The notes under the pieces were generated by a model. That model was not told the DNA's origin. It ran no database searches and saw only the letters and a list, made by a program, of their open reading frames with translations. From assembly GCA_050742375.1 (NCBI GenBank), contig JBOGHY010000036.1, forward strand, positions 1 through 51,515: a stretch of DNA of 51,515 bases, read 5' to 3'. This document shows, piece after piece, positions 18,382 through 27,979 of the stretch; position 1 is the first letter of the stretch, and every line of letters starts with the position of its first letter. The translations under genes and the position numbers were made by a program. This DNA is from Acidimicrobiales bacterium (lineage in GTDB: Bacteria; Actinomycetota; Acidimicrobiia; Acidimicrobiales; Bog-793).

Positions 18382-18744
18382 TCACGAGATGCTCCCCTCG
18401 TCGATCACCCTCGACGGCGCTCCCGTCGGATTAGGGCCGTAGACATAGACCATGCGGGCGTAGACGGGGGCATCGTAACGGGCACTCGAACCGCCCGGCA
18501 CATGGACGCTCTCTCCCGGTCCGAGCTCCAGCTGCTCGCCATCGCACGAGACGACGAGCTGTCCCTTCAATACGTAGTTGACCTCGTCGAAGGGATGCTC
18601 GTCCTCGAAGAAGGAGCCCTCGAGCTCCCACTCGCCCATCGCCAGCTGCATCCATCCGGTCGATGGGCCGTCGAGGATGACGCCGCAGCGCGGGCGTTCG
18701 GGCAGCGAAGGAAGATCCACGGCGGGCAACTTGCGGGCTGGCAT
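18382..18744 (-). CDS. Cupin domain protein (cupin_3/DUF861-like)
   Basis: ATG 18744 is preceded by GGAAGGAG at 6-nt spacing. Cupin core EVNYVLKGQLVVSCDGEQLELGPGESVHVPGGSSARY. Confidence 0.7.
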   Translation of the reverse strand: MPARKLPAVDLPSLPERPRCGVILDGPSTGWMQLAMGEWELEGSFFEDEHPFDEVNYVLKGQLVVSCDGEQLELGPGESVHVPGGSSARYDAPVYARMVYVYGPNPTGAPSRVIDEGSIS

Positions 18745-18806
18745 CGGTGACTCCTTCCTGCTCACTGGCGCGGCGGACAGATCGACAGGGCGTCGAAAGA
18801 GCACCC

Positions 18807-18835
18807 TTCACATCTGGTCCGGTCTCAGGTACTAT
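18807..18835 (+). promoter_or_regulatory. Candidate sigma-70-type promoter for the APC permease gene (TTCACA-17 nt-TACTAT)
   Basis: -35 ttcaca at 18807-18812, a 17-nt spacer, and -10 tactat at 18830-18835, read directly from the sequence. Confidence 0.35.
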
Positions 18836-18845
18836 CCCAAGTGAA

Positions 18846-18863
18846 CACTGTTTCGCAACAGTG
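18846..18863. promoter_or_regulatory. 18-bp palindrome CACTGTTTCGCAACAGTG, candidate operator
   Basis: Eight of 9 base pairs are symmetric. It sits ~10 nt downstream of the candidate -10, in the 211-bp divergent spacer between the cupin-etf operon and the permease gene. Confidence 0.4.
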
Positions 18864-18955
18864 GACAAGACCGGCAATGGCCTCGAGGTGGACTCCAAGT
18901 TCAGGCGAACGCCGCCTTCTCATTGGAGTCCTCCGAGGGGAGGGGAGCCGAAGCG

Positions 18956-20434
18956 ATGGCGACTGCGGTCATAGAGGAGCGGGAGCTCCTCAAATCCCTC
19001 CGCTGGTACGACGGCTTCGTCGTCGCGCTGGCGAACCCGGGCTTTCTCATCGGGTCGCTCGGCTTTGTCATCGGTGCCATCGGCGGTTACGGGGCGATGC
19101 TGCTCTGGGGGATCTCGATGTTCCTCGGGGTGATGCAGAACTGGATCTACTCAGAGACCGCGTCGATGTTCCCCGACAAGCCCGGCGGCATCGCCCTCTA
19201 CGCCAACGAAGGCTGGCGCAAGTACTTCACCCTGGTGGGTCCCGTGGCCACCTTCGGCTACTGGTTCGCCTGGTCGACGGTGCTCTCCATCTTCGGCATC
19301 GTCATCGGCACGCTCGTGCAGGCGGAGTGGTTCTCCGGTGCGACCTGGTCGGTCTACGACGGCTCGGTCCACCTCGGGCTGGCGGCTTTCATCGGCATCG
19401 GCTGCATCCTCGTCGTGTGGACGGCGAACATGTTCGGGATCAAACCGACGCTTTGGATGGGGTACATCACCGGGGTCTTGCTCATGGTGCCACTCGTCTG
19501 CTTCATCATCGTGCCCTACATCGCCGGCGACTGGCACTCGAGCAACATGACGATGAACATCGGCGGAGCCTGGCACGGCTGGCAGGTCGCCCTCGTCTGG
19601 CTCTACGTGATGGGGTGGTCCGCCTACGGCGTCGAGACCTGTGCCACCTTTGCACCCGAGTACAAGGACACCATCAAAGACACCAACCGCGCCCTCAAGA
19701 CGGCGGCGATGTTCTCGCTCGTCGTCTACGTGCTACTTCCCCTGGGCGTCACCGGCGTGACCGGGGCGGCAGACGCCGCCAAGAACCCCTACGGCTTCTA
19801 CGTCGACGCCTTTCGGACCATCGCCGGCCACGCCGGCTCGGAGGTGATGGTGGTCTTCTTGTGCGCCAGCCTCCTTCTGTCCATGAACACCGCCACGGCC
19901 GATGGCTCGCGGGCTCTCTATGGGATCTCAGGCGACGGCATGACGATCAAACAGCTACATCACCTGTCCAAGCACCACATACCCTCCAGGGCGATGACCC
20001 TCGACATGGTGATGAACATCTGCCTCATCTTGTTCCTCGCCAACACGCTCTCGATCCTTGTCGCCGGCAACCTCGGCTACCTCACCGCACACCTCTTCGC
20101 CCTCACCGGCTTCCTCCTGCTGCGCAAGGACCGCAAGAACTGGCCGCGGCCGATCAAGCTCAGGCTCATCTGGCTGCCGATCGCCGCCTTCCTCGCCCTT
20201 TGCAACCTCGTCTTCCTGGTCGTCGGCAACCTCTATCCGACGCTCACCGGCTACGGCGACCTGAAGACGACCATCATCGGCCTCTGCGTGCTCTGCATCT
20301 CGATCGTCGCCTACCTGTTCCGCCGCATCGTCCAGGACCGTGAGCGCCCGCACTTACGCGAGCAGGTCCCCCAGATGCCAGAAGCCCAGCCTGCGGTGCT
20401 CAGCCCGGCAGGTGTCGGTGGGGGCGCCAGCTGA
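18956..20434 (+). CDS. APC-superfamily permease (amino acid/polyamine/organocation)
   Basis: About 12 predicted TM segments. The ATG 18956 start is preferred over the track's TTG 18923. The alternative-frame ORF 18841..20343 is Arg/His-rich noise. Confidence 0.85.
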   Translation: MATAVIEERELLKSLRWYDGFVVALANPGFLIGSLGFVIGAIGGYGAMLLWGISMFLGVMQNWIYSETASMFPDKPGGIALYANEGWRKYFTLVGPVATFGYWFAWSTVLSIFGIVIGTLVQAEWFSGATWSVYDGSVHLGLAAFIGIGCILVVWTANMFGIKPTLWMGYITGVLLMVPLVCFIIVPYIAGDWHSSNMTMNIGGAWHGWQVALVWLYVMGWSAYGVETCATFAPEYKDTIKDTNRALKTAAMFSLVVYVLLPLGVTGVTGAADAAKNPYGFYVDAFRTIAGHAGSEVMVVFLCASLLLSMNTATADGSRALYGISGDGMTIKQLHHLSKHHIPSRAMTLDMVMNICLILFLANTLSILVAGNLGYLTAHLFALTGFLLLRKDRKNWPRPIKLRLIWLPIAAFLALCNLVFLVVGNLYPTLTGYGDLKTTIIGLCVLCISIVAYLFRRIVQDRERPHLREQVPQMPEAQPAVLSPAGVGGGAS

Positions 20435-20500
20435 GCTGACCGTCCGCCCGAGGCGACGGGCCGACTGGACCAGCACGGCGCCGGGGCGGCGCGGGGCCGC

Positions 20501-21013
20501 TCAGGCGTCGCCGGGCGAGTTCGGAGGCAAGTCCTCTGGGCCGTCGCCGGCACGTGAGACGAGGCAGCCGGCGTTCTCCCGTGCCGCCTTCCAGGCGCGG
20601 CGGGCGAAGCGCCTCGGGAGCCTCGACGGATCCGATCCGAGCACCAGCAGACCGGGCTTGCGCTCGGAGACCACCTCCAAGAGCGCAGTGACAGGCCGGG
20701 GAGTCTTCACTAGCAGGCGCTCGACTCGAAGCCCGCAGGAGTGCGCCAGCTCGGCGGGCGCGCGCAGGGCGGCGTCCACCTCCGGCGGCTCTTTCAGGTG
20801 GTCGACGCCGAGGTGCACCGAGGCCGGCAGCGGCTCGAGCCTGACGACGTTCACCACGATGAGGGGCTGACCGCTCTCGATGGCCGAGTCGACGGCGAGC
20901 ACCGAGGCATCGTGGTCGAAGGGCACCGAGAAGAACGTGGCCAAGAGGACCGGGCGCCCCCCGCCGACGGCTACGTCGTCTCCGCCGACATGGGCCTGGC
21001 GGAGTTGTTGCAC
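20501..21013 (-). CDS. Universal stress protein-like (adenine nucleotide alpha-hydrolase fold) protein
   Basis: GTG 21013 lies 1 nt after the upstream stop. USP-like C-terminus PGLLVLGSDPSRL...NAGCLV. The match is weak. Confidence 0.5.
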   Translation of the reverse strand: MQQLRQAHVGGDDVAVGGGRPVLLATFFSVPFDHDASVLAVDSAIESGQPLIVVNVVRLEPLPASVHLGVDHLKEPPEVDAALRAPAELAHSCGLRVERLLVKTPRPVTALLEVVSERKPGLLVLGSDPSRLPRRFARRAWKAARENAGCLVSRAGDGPEDLPPNSPGDA

Positions 21014-21014
21014 G

Positions 21015-21368
21015 TCACTCTGGCCCGATCTGCCAGGTCGGCAGCGCCCGGGCGCGCCGGCGGACCCGGCGCCGCCAGCGCGGCATGTAGAGCAGGTACC
21101 AGCCCGCAAAGACGACCGGGAGGAGGAAGAGGATTCGCTGCTGGGCATAGAAGGCGACCCCGAGGAAGAGCGCACAGATGACGACGGCTATGGCGGCCGC
21201 CGCGAGGCGGTAGCGCCGCATCTCGCGCATGATCCCCCAGTACTCCGAAGCCGGGATCTGCGCCGTGCTAAAGGTGCGCCCGCAAGCCTCGCAGCGCCAG
21301 GACTCGCCGTAGTCGGCGTGACCGACGGTCCCGCAGTCACACTTGAGAGTGATGCGAGCACCTCTCAC
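21015..21368 (-). CDS. Small zinc-ribbon membrane protein (hypothetical)
   Basis: CDC...CEAC ribbon followed by two TM helices and a basic tail (RWRRRVRRRAR). Confidence 0.55.
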   Translation of the reverse strand: MRGARITLKCDCGTVGHADYGESWRCEACGRTFSTAQIPASEYWGIMREMRRYRLAAAAIAVVICALFLGVAFYAQQRILFLLPVVFAGWYLLYMPRWRRRVRRRARALPTWQIGPE

Positions 21369-21417
21369 CAGTAAAAAGTGTACTTCCCGCGACGATCCGA
21401 GCGCCCCCGCGTCAGTG

Positions 21418-21445
21418 TTGCGGCCTGTGGGTGAGGCTGTATCAT
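21418..21445 (+). promoter_or_regulatory. Candidate promoter upstream of gmaS (TTGCGG-16 nt-TATCAT)
   Basis: Read directly. It lies ~80 nt upstream of ATG 21525. Confidence 0.3.
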
Positions 21446-21524
21446 GGGAGCAGTCGAAGTTTCCTACTGAGAAACTCGGCTACCCTGCCACGCTCGCCCA
21501 CCGGCTCGGAAGGGGAAAGGCAAG

Positions 21525-22919
21525 ATGACGGATCTCGACCAGTTCCTCGCACAAGAGGGCCGTGATCAAAAGATCGACGAGATCGCCCGTCGCATCGAGG
21601 CGGACGGCATCACCTACCTCTACTACCAATTCGTCTCGGTCACGGGCAGGATCATGGGAAAGGGCGTGCCGGCCCCGCACTGGCCAACCATCGCCAGGGG
21701 CGGATTCCAGCTCGTCTACGGCTCGACGGCGAACCTGTTCACCGACCGGCAGGGCAACTACATCGGCTACGGCGCGGAGGCGCGCGAGCTCATCGGGCTG
21801 CCCGATGTCGAGACCTTTTGCCAGCTTCCCTGGGACAAAAAGGTCGCCCGCGTCTTCTGCACCTTGTTCCGAGGCCGGGAGGAGGAAGTAGACGGCGGCG
21901 CTTTCCTCACCTCGGACTGCCGGGGCAACTTGAAGCGGATCCACGATGAGTTCACCGCCGCCACCGGGCTCCAGCTGCGGGCCGGCTGCGAACCCGAGAT
22001 GATGTGGCTGAAGACGGGCCCCGACGGCAAGCCCTCGGTCGAGGGTATGACGAAGCCGTACTGCTACCACATCGACCAGTTCTCCGAGCTCCAGCCGATC
22101 ATCCACAAGGTGGTCGATTACGCCCAGCAGATGGGCCTCGACATGATCCAAGGCGACCACGAGGACGCTCCGGGCCAGCTCGAACTCAACTTCGCCTTCG
22201 ACAAGGCCGAGCTGACTGCCGACCGGCTGACGACCTACCGCCAGATCTGTCGCCAGGTGGGGCGCGAGACGAACACCTTCGCCTGTTTCATGCCGAAGCC
22301 GTTCATGGGCGTCTCAGCGAACGGCTGCCACCACAACATCTCGCTCTGGCAGGGCGACGAGAACATGTTCCTCCCCGACACCGACAACCCCCGCCTGCCC
22401 GGCAAGACCGGGCTGCACGCGATCGGGGGCGTGCTCGAGCACCTCCGGGGCCTGTCGGCCATCACCTCTCCGACGGTCAACTCCTACCGTCGCTTCGCCG
22501 ACGCCGGCTTTTGGGCGCCGATCTTCGCCGACTGGGGCTTCCAGAACCGTACGACGGCCCTGCGCATCTCGGCGCCGGGGCGTTTTGAGTACAGGTCCGT
22601 CGACTCCGCCGTCAACCCGTACCTCTCCTTCGCCGGCCTTCTCGTCACCATCCGGGACGGCCTTGACCGCAACCTCGATCCGGGCACGCCGGAGGAACGG
22701 AACATCTACGAGGCGATCGCCGGGGGCAAGAAGGTGCGGCGCATCCCGAAAACCCTCGGAGAGGCCTTGGAGGCACTCGAGGCTGACGAGGTGGTCCGTC
22801 AGGCGCTGCCGGGCGACATGTACCGGGTCTTCATGCACTACAAGTCCGACGAGTGGGAGCGTTTCATCTCGACGGTGAGCGAATGGGACATCGCCGAGTA
22901 CCTCGACGTGCTCCCTTGA
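21525..22919 (+). CDS. gmaS: Glutamine synthetase family protein, probable gamma-glutamylmethylamide synthetase
   Basis: GS catalytic-domain motifs (HEDAPGQLELNF, NGCHHNISLW, NSYRRF). The specific assignment rests on the adjacent mgsABC-type genes. Confidence 0.8.
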   Translation: MTDLDQFLAQEGRDQKIDEIARRIEADGITYLYYQFVSVTGRIMGKGVPAPHWPTIARGGFQLVYGSTANLFTDRQGNYIGYGAEARELIGLPDVETFCQLPWDKKVARVFCTLFRGREEEVDGGAFLTSDCRGNLKRIHDEFTAATGLQLRAGCEPEMMWLKTGPDGKPSVEGMTKPYCYHIDQFSELQPIIHKVVDYAQQMGLDMIQGDHEDAPGQLELNFAFDKAELTADRLTTYRQICRQVGRETNTFACFMPKPFMGVSANGCHHNISLWQGDENMFLPDTDNPRLPGKTGLHAIGGVLEHLRGLSAITSPTVNSYRRFADAGFWAPIFADWGFQNRTTALRISAPGRFEYRSVDSAVNPYLSFAGLLVTIRDGLDRNLDPGTPEERNIYEAIAGGKKVRRIPKTLGEALEALEADEVVRQALPGDMYRVFMHYKSDEWERFISTVSEWDIAEYLDVLP

Positions 22920-22959
22920 GGCGTCCCCGACGGCGGCGCCGGGACAGGAGGAGGGCCAC

Positions 22960-23889
22960 ATGTGCGGGATAGCGGGGATCATCCACAAGAACGGGCCGGC
23001 CGACATCGGGGCCGAGCTCACCCGGATGATCCAATCGATGAAGCACCGTGGTCCCGACTCGACCGGTTTCGGCCTCTTCGGCCAAGCCTCCGACCGGATC
23101 GTCATGCGCATCAAGCTCGAAGACCCCAACTCCACCGGTGACATCGGCGCCGCCGAGCGGCTCGAGCGCCACCGCATGGAGCTCGAGGCTCGCCTCGGGA
23201 AGGTGGGGGCGACGGTCGAGCGCCTCGACGGCGTGACCGACTACGCCGTGAGGGTGCTCGTCGACTACGACGGCGACGTGAAAAGCCTCGTCGACTACGT
23301 CGAGGACATCCCGTCCTGCGAGGTGCTATCGATCGGCCACTCGCTCGAGATCGTGAAGGACCTCGGCGACGCCGAGACGGTGGCCTCCCAGTACGGCCTT
23401 TGGACCTTCAAGGGGACCCACGGAATTGGTCATGCCCGCATGGCGACCGAGTCGGACGTCGACATCGCCGGGGCGCACCCCTACTGGGCCTACCCCTTCG
23501 CCGATGTCGCCGTAGTGCACAACGGCCAGCTCACCAACTACCACCAGTGGCGGCGGCGTCTCGAGCGCCTCGGGCACCGGTTCCAGTCCGAGTGCGACTC
23601 GGAGATCATCTCTGTCTACATCGCCGAGCAGCTCCACTCGGGCCTGTCGCTCGAGACGGCCATCAAGCAGAGCCTGGACGACTTCGACGGCGTCTTCACC
23701 TACGTCGTTGTGACGGCCGACAGCCTCGGAGTCGCCAAGGACGAGATGGCCGCCAAGCCTCTCGTCGCCTACGAGTCCAACGACCTCGTGGCGCTTGCCT
23801 CCGAGGAGGTCGCCATCCGCGCCCTAATCGACCGCGAGATCGAGACCTACGACCCCTACGAAGGCGAGGTGCTCGTGTGGAGCACGTGA
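22960..23889 (+). CDS. mgsA: Class-II glutamine amidotransferase domain protein (N-methylglutamate synthase subunit A-like)
   Basis: Ntn-type N-terminus MCGIAGI. Typical first gene of the three-gene split glutamate-synthase-like set. Confidence 0.8.
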   Translation: MCGIAGIIHKNGPADIGAELTRMIQSMKHRGPDSTGFGLFGQASDRIVMRIKLEDPNSTGDIGAAERLERHRMELEARLGKVGATVERLDGVTDYAVRVLVDYDGDVKSLVDYVEDIPSCEVLSIGHSLEIVKDLGDAETVASQYGLWTFKGTHGIGHARMATESDVDIAGAHPYWAYPFADVAVVHNGQLTNYHQWRRRLERLGHRFQSECDSEIISVYIAEQLHSGLSLETAIKQSLDDFDGVFTYVVVTADSLGVAKDEMAAKPLVAYESNDLVALASEEVAIRALIDREIETYDPYEGEVLVWST

Positions 23890-24671
23890 CGACCGGCGAA
23901 CGGCGCATCCGCTACGACGCCCGCGGGCTCGCCGAACCCGACGCCGAGGCGCCGCGCACCTCGGAGATCAAAGATGGCCATGCGTTCTTCGACGCGGCCG
24001 AGTGCTCGATCCGCCAGATCAACCTCGAGCTTCGTTGGCTGCTCGGCGAAAAAGGGATCCGCGACGTGGTCGTGAGGAACCCCGGTGCCAAGCACTCCCT
24101 CGGCGTCGGCATCCTGCAGCGCTGCAAGATCTGCTTCGAGGGCAGCCTCGGCTACTTCGGCCTCGGCCTCATAGACGGTCCGGAGGTGCAGGTCACCGGC
24201 CGGGTCGGCTGGTCGGTGGCCGAGAACATGATGGCGGGAGTCGTCGTCGTCGAGCACAACTCAGGCTCGCTCACCGGCGCCGCCATGCGCGGCGGCGACC
24301 TCGTCGTGAAGGGCGACGTCGGCGCCCGCACGGGCATCGACCAAAAGGGCGGCACGATCATCGTCGGCGGCCGGGCGGGACTGCTCACCGGGTTCATGAT
24401 GCAGCGCGGCCGCCAGATCATCTGCGGGGACGCCGGCGCCGGCCTGGGCGACTCGATGTACGACGGCGCCATCTTCGTCGGTGGCAAGGTCGCCTCGCTC
24501 GGCGTCGACTGCGAGGAGGCCGAAGTGTCGCCAGCCGACGAGGCCATGATCGGCTCGCGGCTCAGCTACTACGAGATGGAGAACCCGGGGGGCTTTCGTA
24601 AGTTCGTCTGCGCGCGCAAGCTCTGGAATTACGACGCCCTCGAGCCGAGCGAGCGAAAGCTGGTGCTCTGA
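23886..24671 (+). CDS. mgsB: GXGXG-motif (glutamate synthase C-terminal-like) protein (N-methylglutamate synthase subunit B-like)
   Basis: Beta-helix repeats GDLVVKGDVGARTGIDQKGGTIIVGGRAG. The GTG 23886 start overlaps the mgsA stop (GTGA). GTG 23877 is an alternative. Confidence 0.8.
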   Translation: MTTGERRIRYDARGLAEPDAEAPRTSEIKDGHAFFDAAECSIRQINLELRWLLGEKGIRDVVVRNPGAKHSLGVGILQRCKICFEGSLGYFGLGLIDGPEVQVTGRVGWSVAENMMAGVVVVEHNSGSLTGAAMRGGDLVVKGDVGARTGIDQKGGTIIVGGRAGLLTGFMMQRGRQIICGDAGAGLGDSMYDGAIFVGGKVASLGVDCEEAEVSPADEAMIGSRLSYYEMENPGGFRKFVCARKLWNYDALEPSERKLVL

Positions 24672-24676
24672 GAGGA

Positions 24677-26101
24677 ATGGGAATGGACGAGGAGCTGTCG
24701 GACAAGGCCGTGCTCGGCCGGAGCCGGATCTTCACCCCGGCGGTCATAAACGACATCCACGTGAAGGCAGAGCTCGGCCGCTACCGCATGCGGGGCTTCT
24801 CTTTGTTCAAGAAGATGCCGAGCTTCGACGAGCTCATGTTCCTCCCCGGAACTCTCACCCGCTTCGTGATCGAGGGGTACCGGGAGAAGTGCAGCACGAA
24901 GACTGTGCTCGGCGCCCGCTTCGCCCGCAACCCGATCGTGCTCGACATCCCCATATACATCACCGGCATGAGCTTCGGGGCGCTCTCGATCGAGGCGAAG
25001 ACTGCACTCGCCCGCGGCGCCTCGATGGCCGGCACGGCGACCTGTTCGGGCGAGGGCGGCATGATCCCGCCCGAGCGGGACCACTCGACGAAGTGGTTCT
25101 ACCAGTGCATCCAGAGCCGCTACGGCTTCAACCCGCATCACCTGATGCTGGCGGACGTCTGCGAATTCTTCATCGGCCAGGGGTGCAAGGTCGGCCTCGG
25201 CGGGCACCTCATGGGCCAGAAGGTGACCGAGCAGGTGGCCGAGATGCGCTCGCTTCCCGTCGGCATCGACCAGCGCAGCCCGGCACGGCACCCGGACTGG
25301 CTCGGACCGGACGACCTCTCTTTGAAGATCCAGGAGATCCGCGAAGCGACCGACTACCGCATACCGATCCAGCTGAAGCTCGGAGCGGCGCGGGTCTACG
25401 ACGACGTCCGCATGGCCGCCAAGTGCAGCCCTGACACGATCTACCTCGACGGGGCCGAGGGCGGCACGGGCGCCGGGCCGCACATCGCCGCCGAGGAGAC
25501 CGGGATCCCCCTCATGGCCGCCATCCCCGAGGCGCGCCGGGCGCTCGAGGACGTCGGGCTCGTCGACGAGATCGACCTCGTCGTCGCCGGCGGCATCCGC
25601 AACGGCGGCGACGTCGCCAAGTGCCTCGCCCTTGGCGCAAAAGCCGTCGCCATCGGCCACTCGGCGCTGATGGCGCTCAACTGCAACAAGGAGATCGCCG
25701 GCGTCACGGACTACGAGGGCACCGTCGGCGTGCCAGCCGGCCAGTGCTACCACTGCCACACCGGGCGATGCCCAGTCGGCATCACCACCCAGGATCCAGA
25801 GCTTCGCAAGCGCCTCGTCGTGGACGAAGCGGCCGAGCGGGTCTACAACTTCCTCCACACCCTCACCCTCGAGGTCCAGATGCTCGCCCGCGCCTGCGGG
25901 AAGACCGACGTCCACAGCCTCGAGCCGGAGGATCTGTGCGCCCTCACGCTCGAGGCCGCCGCCATGGCGAAGGTCCCCCTCGCCGGCACGAGCTACGTCC
26001 CGGGCCAGAGCGAGGAGAGGGCGCTCGCAGAGGTGCGCTCGCTGCTTGAGAAGTACGTCGCCGACCCGGGCGGCTTCGGAGGGGGGCGGGCGGGTGTCTG
26101 A
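24677..26101 (+). CDS. mgsC: FMN-binding glutamate synthase family protein (N-methylglutamate synthase subunit C-like)
   Basis: GltS FMN-domain motifs (ISGMSFGALS, IQLKLGA, DGAEGGTGA, GGIRNGGDVAK) and a C-terminal cysteine cluster. Confidence 0.85.
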   Translation: MGMDEELSDKAVLGRSRIFTPAVINDIHVKAELGRYRMRGFSLFKKMPSFDELMFLPGTLTRFVIEGYREKCSTKTVLGARFARNPIVLDIPIYITGMSFGALSIEAKTALARGASMAGTATCSGEGGMIPPERDHSTKWFYQCIQSRYGFNPHHLMLADVCEFFIGQGCKVGLGGHLMGQKVTEQVAEMRSLPVGIDQRSPARHPDWLGPDDLSLKIQEIREATDYRIPIQLKLGAARVYDDVRMAAKCSPDTIYLDGAEGGTGAGPHIAAEETGIPLMAAIPEARRALEDVGLVDEIDLVVAGGIRNGGDVAKCLALGAKAVAIGHSALMALNCNKEIAGVTDYEGTVGVPAGQCYHCHTGRCPVGITTQDPELRKRLVVDEAAERVYNFLHTLTLEVQMLARACGKTDVHSLEPEDLCALTLEAAAMAKVPLAGTSYVPGQSEERALAEVRSLLEKYVADPGGFGGGRAGV

Positions 26102-26543
26102 TACCTCGTCGCCGCCAGCCGCTCCGACCCGGCACGTGACCCTCGATGCCGAGGAGCTCGCCGGCAGGTCGTACCCCTACCAGCACGACATCTCCCTCGT
26201 GGAGGACATCGACCTCGAGGCCATGACGCCGGGGGTAGGCATCAACTGGCTGGAGGACGTCCATCTTCTCTCCGAGGAGGGCACTCCGGCCGTCTTCGAC
26301 CGGTACTCGAACTCGTTCCTCAAGATCTATTTCCCAATAGCCCCAGGGCGCGAGGACGAGATCGCCCGCAAGGTGCTCGTCCGCCACCTGAGCGCCGGCA
26401 ATTCCTACGGCATCACCTTGAAGCGCCGCCATGCCAAGTTCCCCCAGCCGTTGCTCGGGCCGTGGGTCGAAGGCTCGGAGACCGTCGGCGGAGCCTGGGA
26501 GCCGCCGACACTCGATGGGTGGGAGGCACCCGCCGGGCACTAA
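26094..26543 (+). CDS. Hypothetical protein (~149 aa) between mgsC and the FAD oxidoreductase gene
   Basis: GTG 26094 overlaps the mgsC stop by 8 nt. I recognise no family. The composition is protein-like rather than Arg/Pro-biased like the spurious frames. Confidence 0.5.
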   Translation: MSDTSSPPAAPTRHVTLDAEELAGRSYPYQHDISLVEDIDLEAMTPGVGINWLEDVHLLSEEGTPAVFDRYSNSFLKIYFPIAPGREDEIARKVLVRHLSAGNSYGITLKRRHAKFPQPLLGPWVEGSETVGGAWEPPTLDGWEAPAGH

Positions 26544-26583
26544 GAAATACCTATTGGGCACCGACAAAAAAGGAACGTGCACC

Positions 26584-27933
26584 TTGACGAAGACAGCCCT
26601 ACCGAAGGCCGCCCGCACCGTCGTGATCGGCGCCGGCATCCACGGTCTCTCGACGGCGTGGCACCTGGCGTCTGGTCTCGGGGCGGCCTCGCCGGGCCGC
26701 CGCGACGTGGTCGTGCTCGACAAGACCGCCCCCGGGGCCGGGGCCTCGGGGATCGCCTGCGGAGTGATCCGCAACAACTACTTCCAGCCGGCGATGCGCG
26801 AGCTCATGGCGCACTCTGTCTCGGTGTGGGAGTCCGACCCGAAAGCGTTCTGCTACAAGCCGGTCGGCTACATGCAGATCGCCCCCGAGGTGATGGGCGA
26901 GGACGTGGCGCGGATCCATGCCGAGCAGAAGGCGATCGGCTACCCGTCGGTCCTCGTCGAAGGGCACGACGACTGCCGCCGCTACATGAGCGCCATGTTC
27001 TCGGACTGGCAGGCGAAGAACATCGCCGTCGTCCTGCACGAGCGCCGCGGCGGCTACGCCAACAACCTCGGCAGCGTGCGGGGCCTTGTCGAGAAGGCGA
27101 CGGCGGCGGGCGCCGAGATCTGCACGGGCGTCGAGGTGACCGGCTTCAAGCGGTCGAGCGGTGCCGGCGGGGGCGTCTCAGCCGTCGAGACGACGGGCGG
27201 CGACATCGCCTGCGACCAGGTTGTAATCGCAGTAGGTCCGTGGATCCGGTACCTGTGGCAGATGCTCGGGCTGCCGGGGAGCCTCAAGGTGAAAGGGCGC
27301 GACGGGGCGCTCTACGAACGGCCGATGTGGACATACTGGTGCCTGCAGGAAGGGACGGTGACGGAGCCCGCCGACTTCCTCCTCACCGACGCGGGCGAGA
27401 TGCCACCGGTCATGCACGTCGACACGGACGCACCCCTTTACGACGACCGCGACGGCTCGCTCGTCACCGACGCGTTGTGGGGGATCTACTACAAGCCGGA
27501 CGACTACTTTGGGGGCGTGCAAGGGGGGGCGATGCCCTACGTCGTCGACCTGCCCGCCGACGAAGTCGCCGTCGATCCGTACGGTCCGAGGAGCGAGCAT
27601 TTCGTCGTCGGCGACGACTTCGCCCGCATGTGGACCTCCGCCCTCGCCCACTGCCACAAGCGCTTTGAGGGGCACGGCGACCGCTTTGCCAGGGAGGCTT
27701 CCGGCGGTCTCGGCTGCTTCACCCCCGACAGCTTCCCGGTCTTCGACACCTTCTCGGAGAACGTCTACGTCGTCGCCGACTCGAACCACGGCTACAAGAT
27801 GATCGGGGTCGGCGCCCTCGTCGCAAAAGAGCTCCTCGGCGAGCCACAGGCACTCCTTGAGCCCTTCCGCTACTCGCGCTATGCCACCGGCAGGCTTCAC
27901 CCCGTGAGCCACTCCCCCTACCCCTGGAGCTGA
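26584..27933 (+). CDS. FAD-dependent oxidoreductase (DAO/SoxB-like)
   Basis: TTG 26584 follows aaaaaaggaacg. Dinucleotide fold TVVIGAGIHGLSTAWHLA. The rest of ORF 26431.. overlaps the previous gene. Confidence 0.8.
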   Translation: MTKTALPKAARTVVIGAGIHGLSTAWHLASGLGAASPGRRDVVVLDKTAPGAGASGIACGVIRNNYFQPAMRELMAHSVSVWESDPKAFCYKPVGYMQIAPEVMGEDVARIHAEQKAIGYPSVLVEGHDDCRRYMSAMFSDWQAKNIAVVLHERRGGYANNLGSVRGLVEKATAAGAEICTGVEVTGFKRSSGAGGGVSAVETTGGDIACDQVVIAVGPWIRYLWQMLGLPGSLKVKGRDGALYERPMWTYWCLQEGTVTEPADFLLTDAGEMPPVMHVDTDAPLYDDRDGSLVTDALWGIYYKPDDYFGGVQGGAMPYVVDLPADEVAVDPYGPRSEHFVVGDDFARMWTSALAHCHKRFEGHGDRFAREASGGLGCFTPDSFPVFDTFSENVYVVADSNHGYKMIGVGALVAKELLGEPQALLEPFRYSRYATGRLHPVSHSPYPWS

Positions 27934-27979
27934 GCGCTCCCCCACCCCCCAGGTACCCGCCCCGGCAGAGGAGTAAGAG

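Noticed and set aside
21458-21476. Inverted repeat AGTTTC-N7-GAAACT downstream of the candidate gmaS promoter
   Set aside because: The arms are only 6 bp, which is expected by chance many times in 51 kb. I kept it as a note, not a feature.
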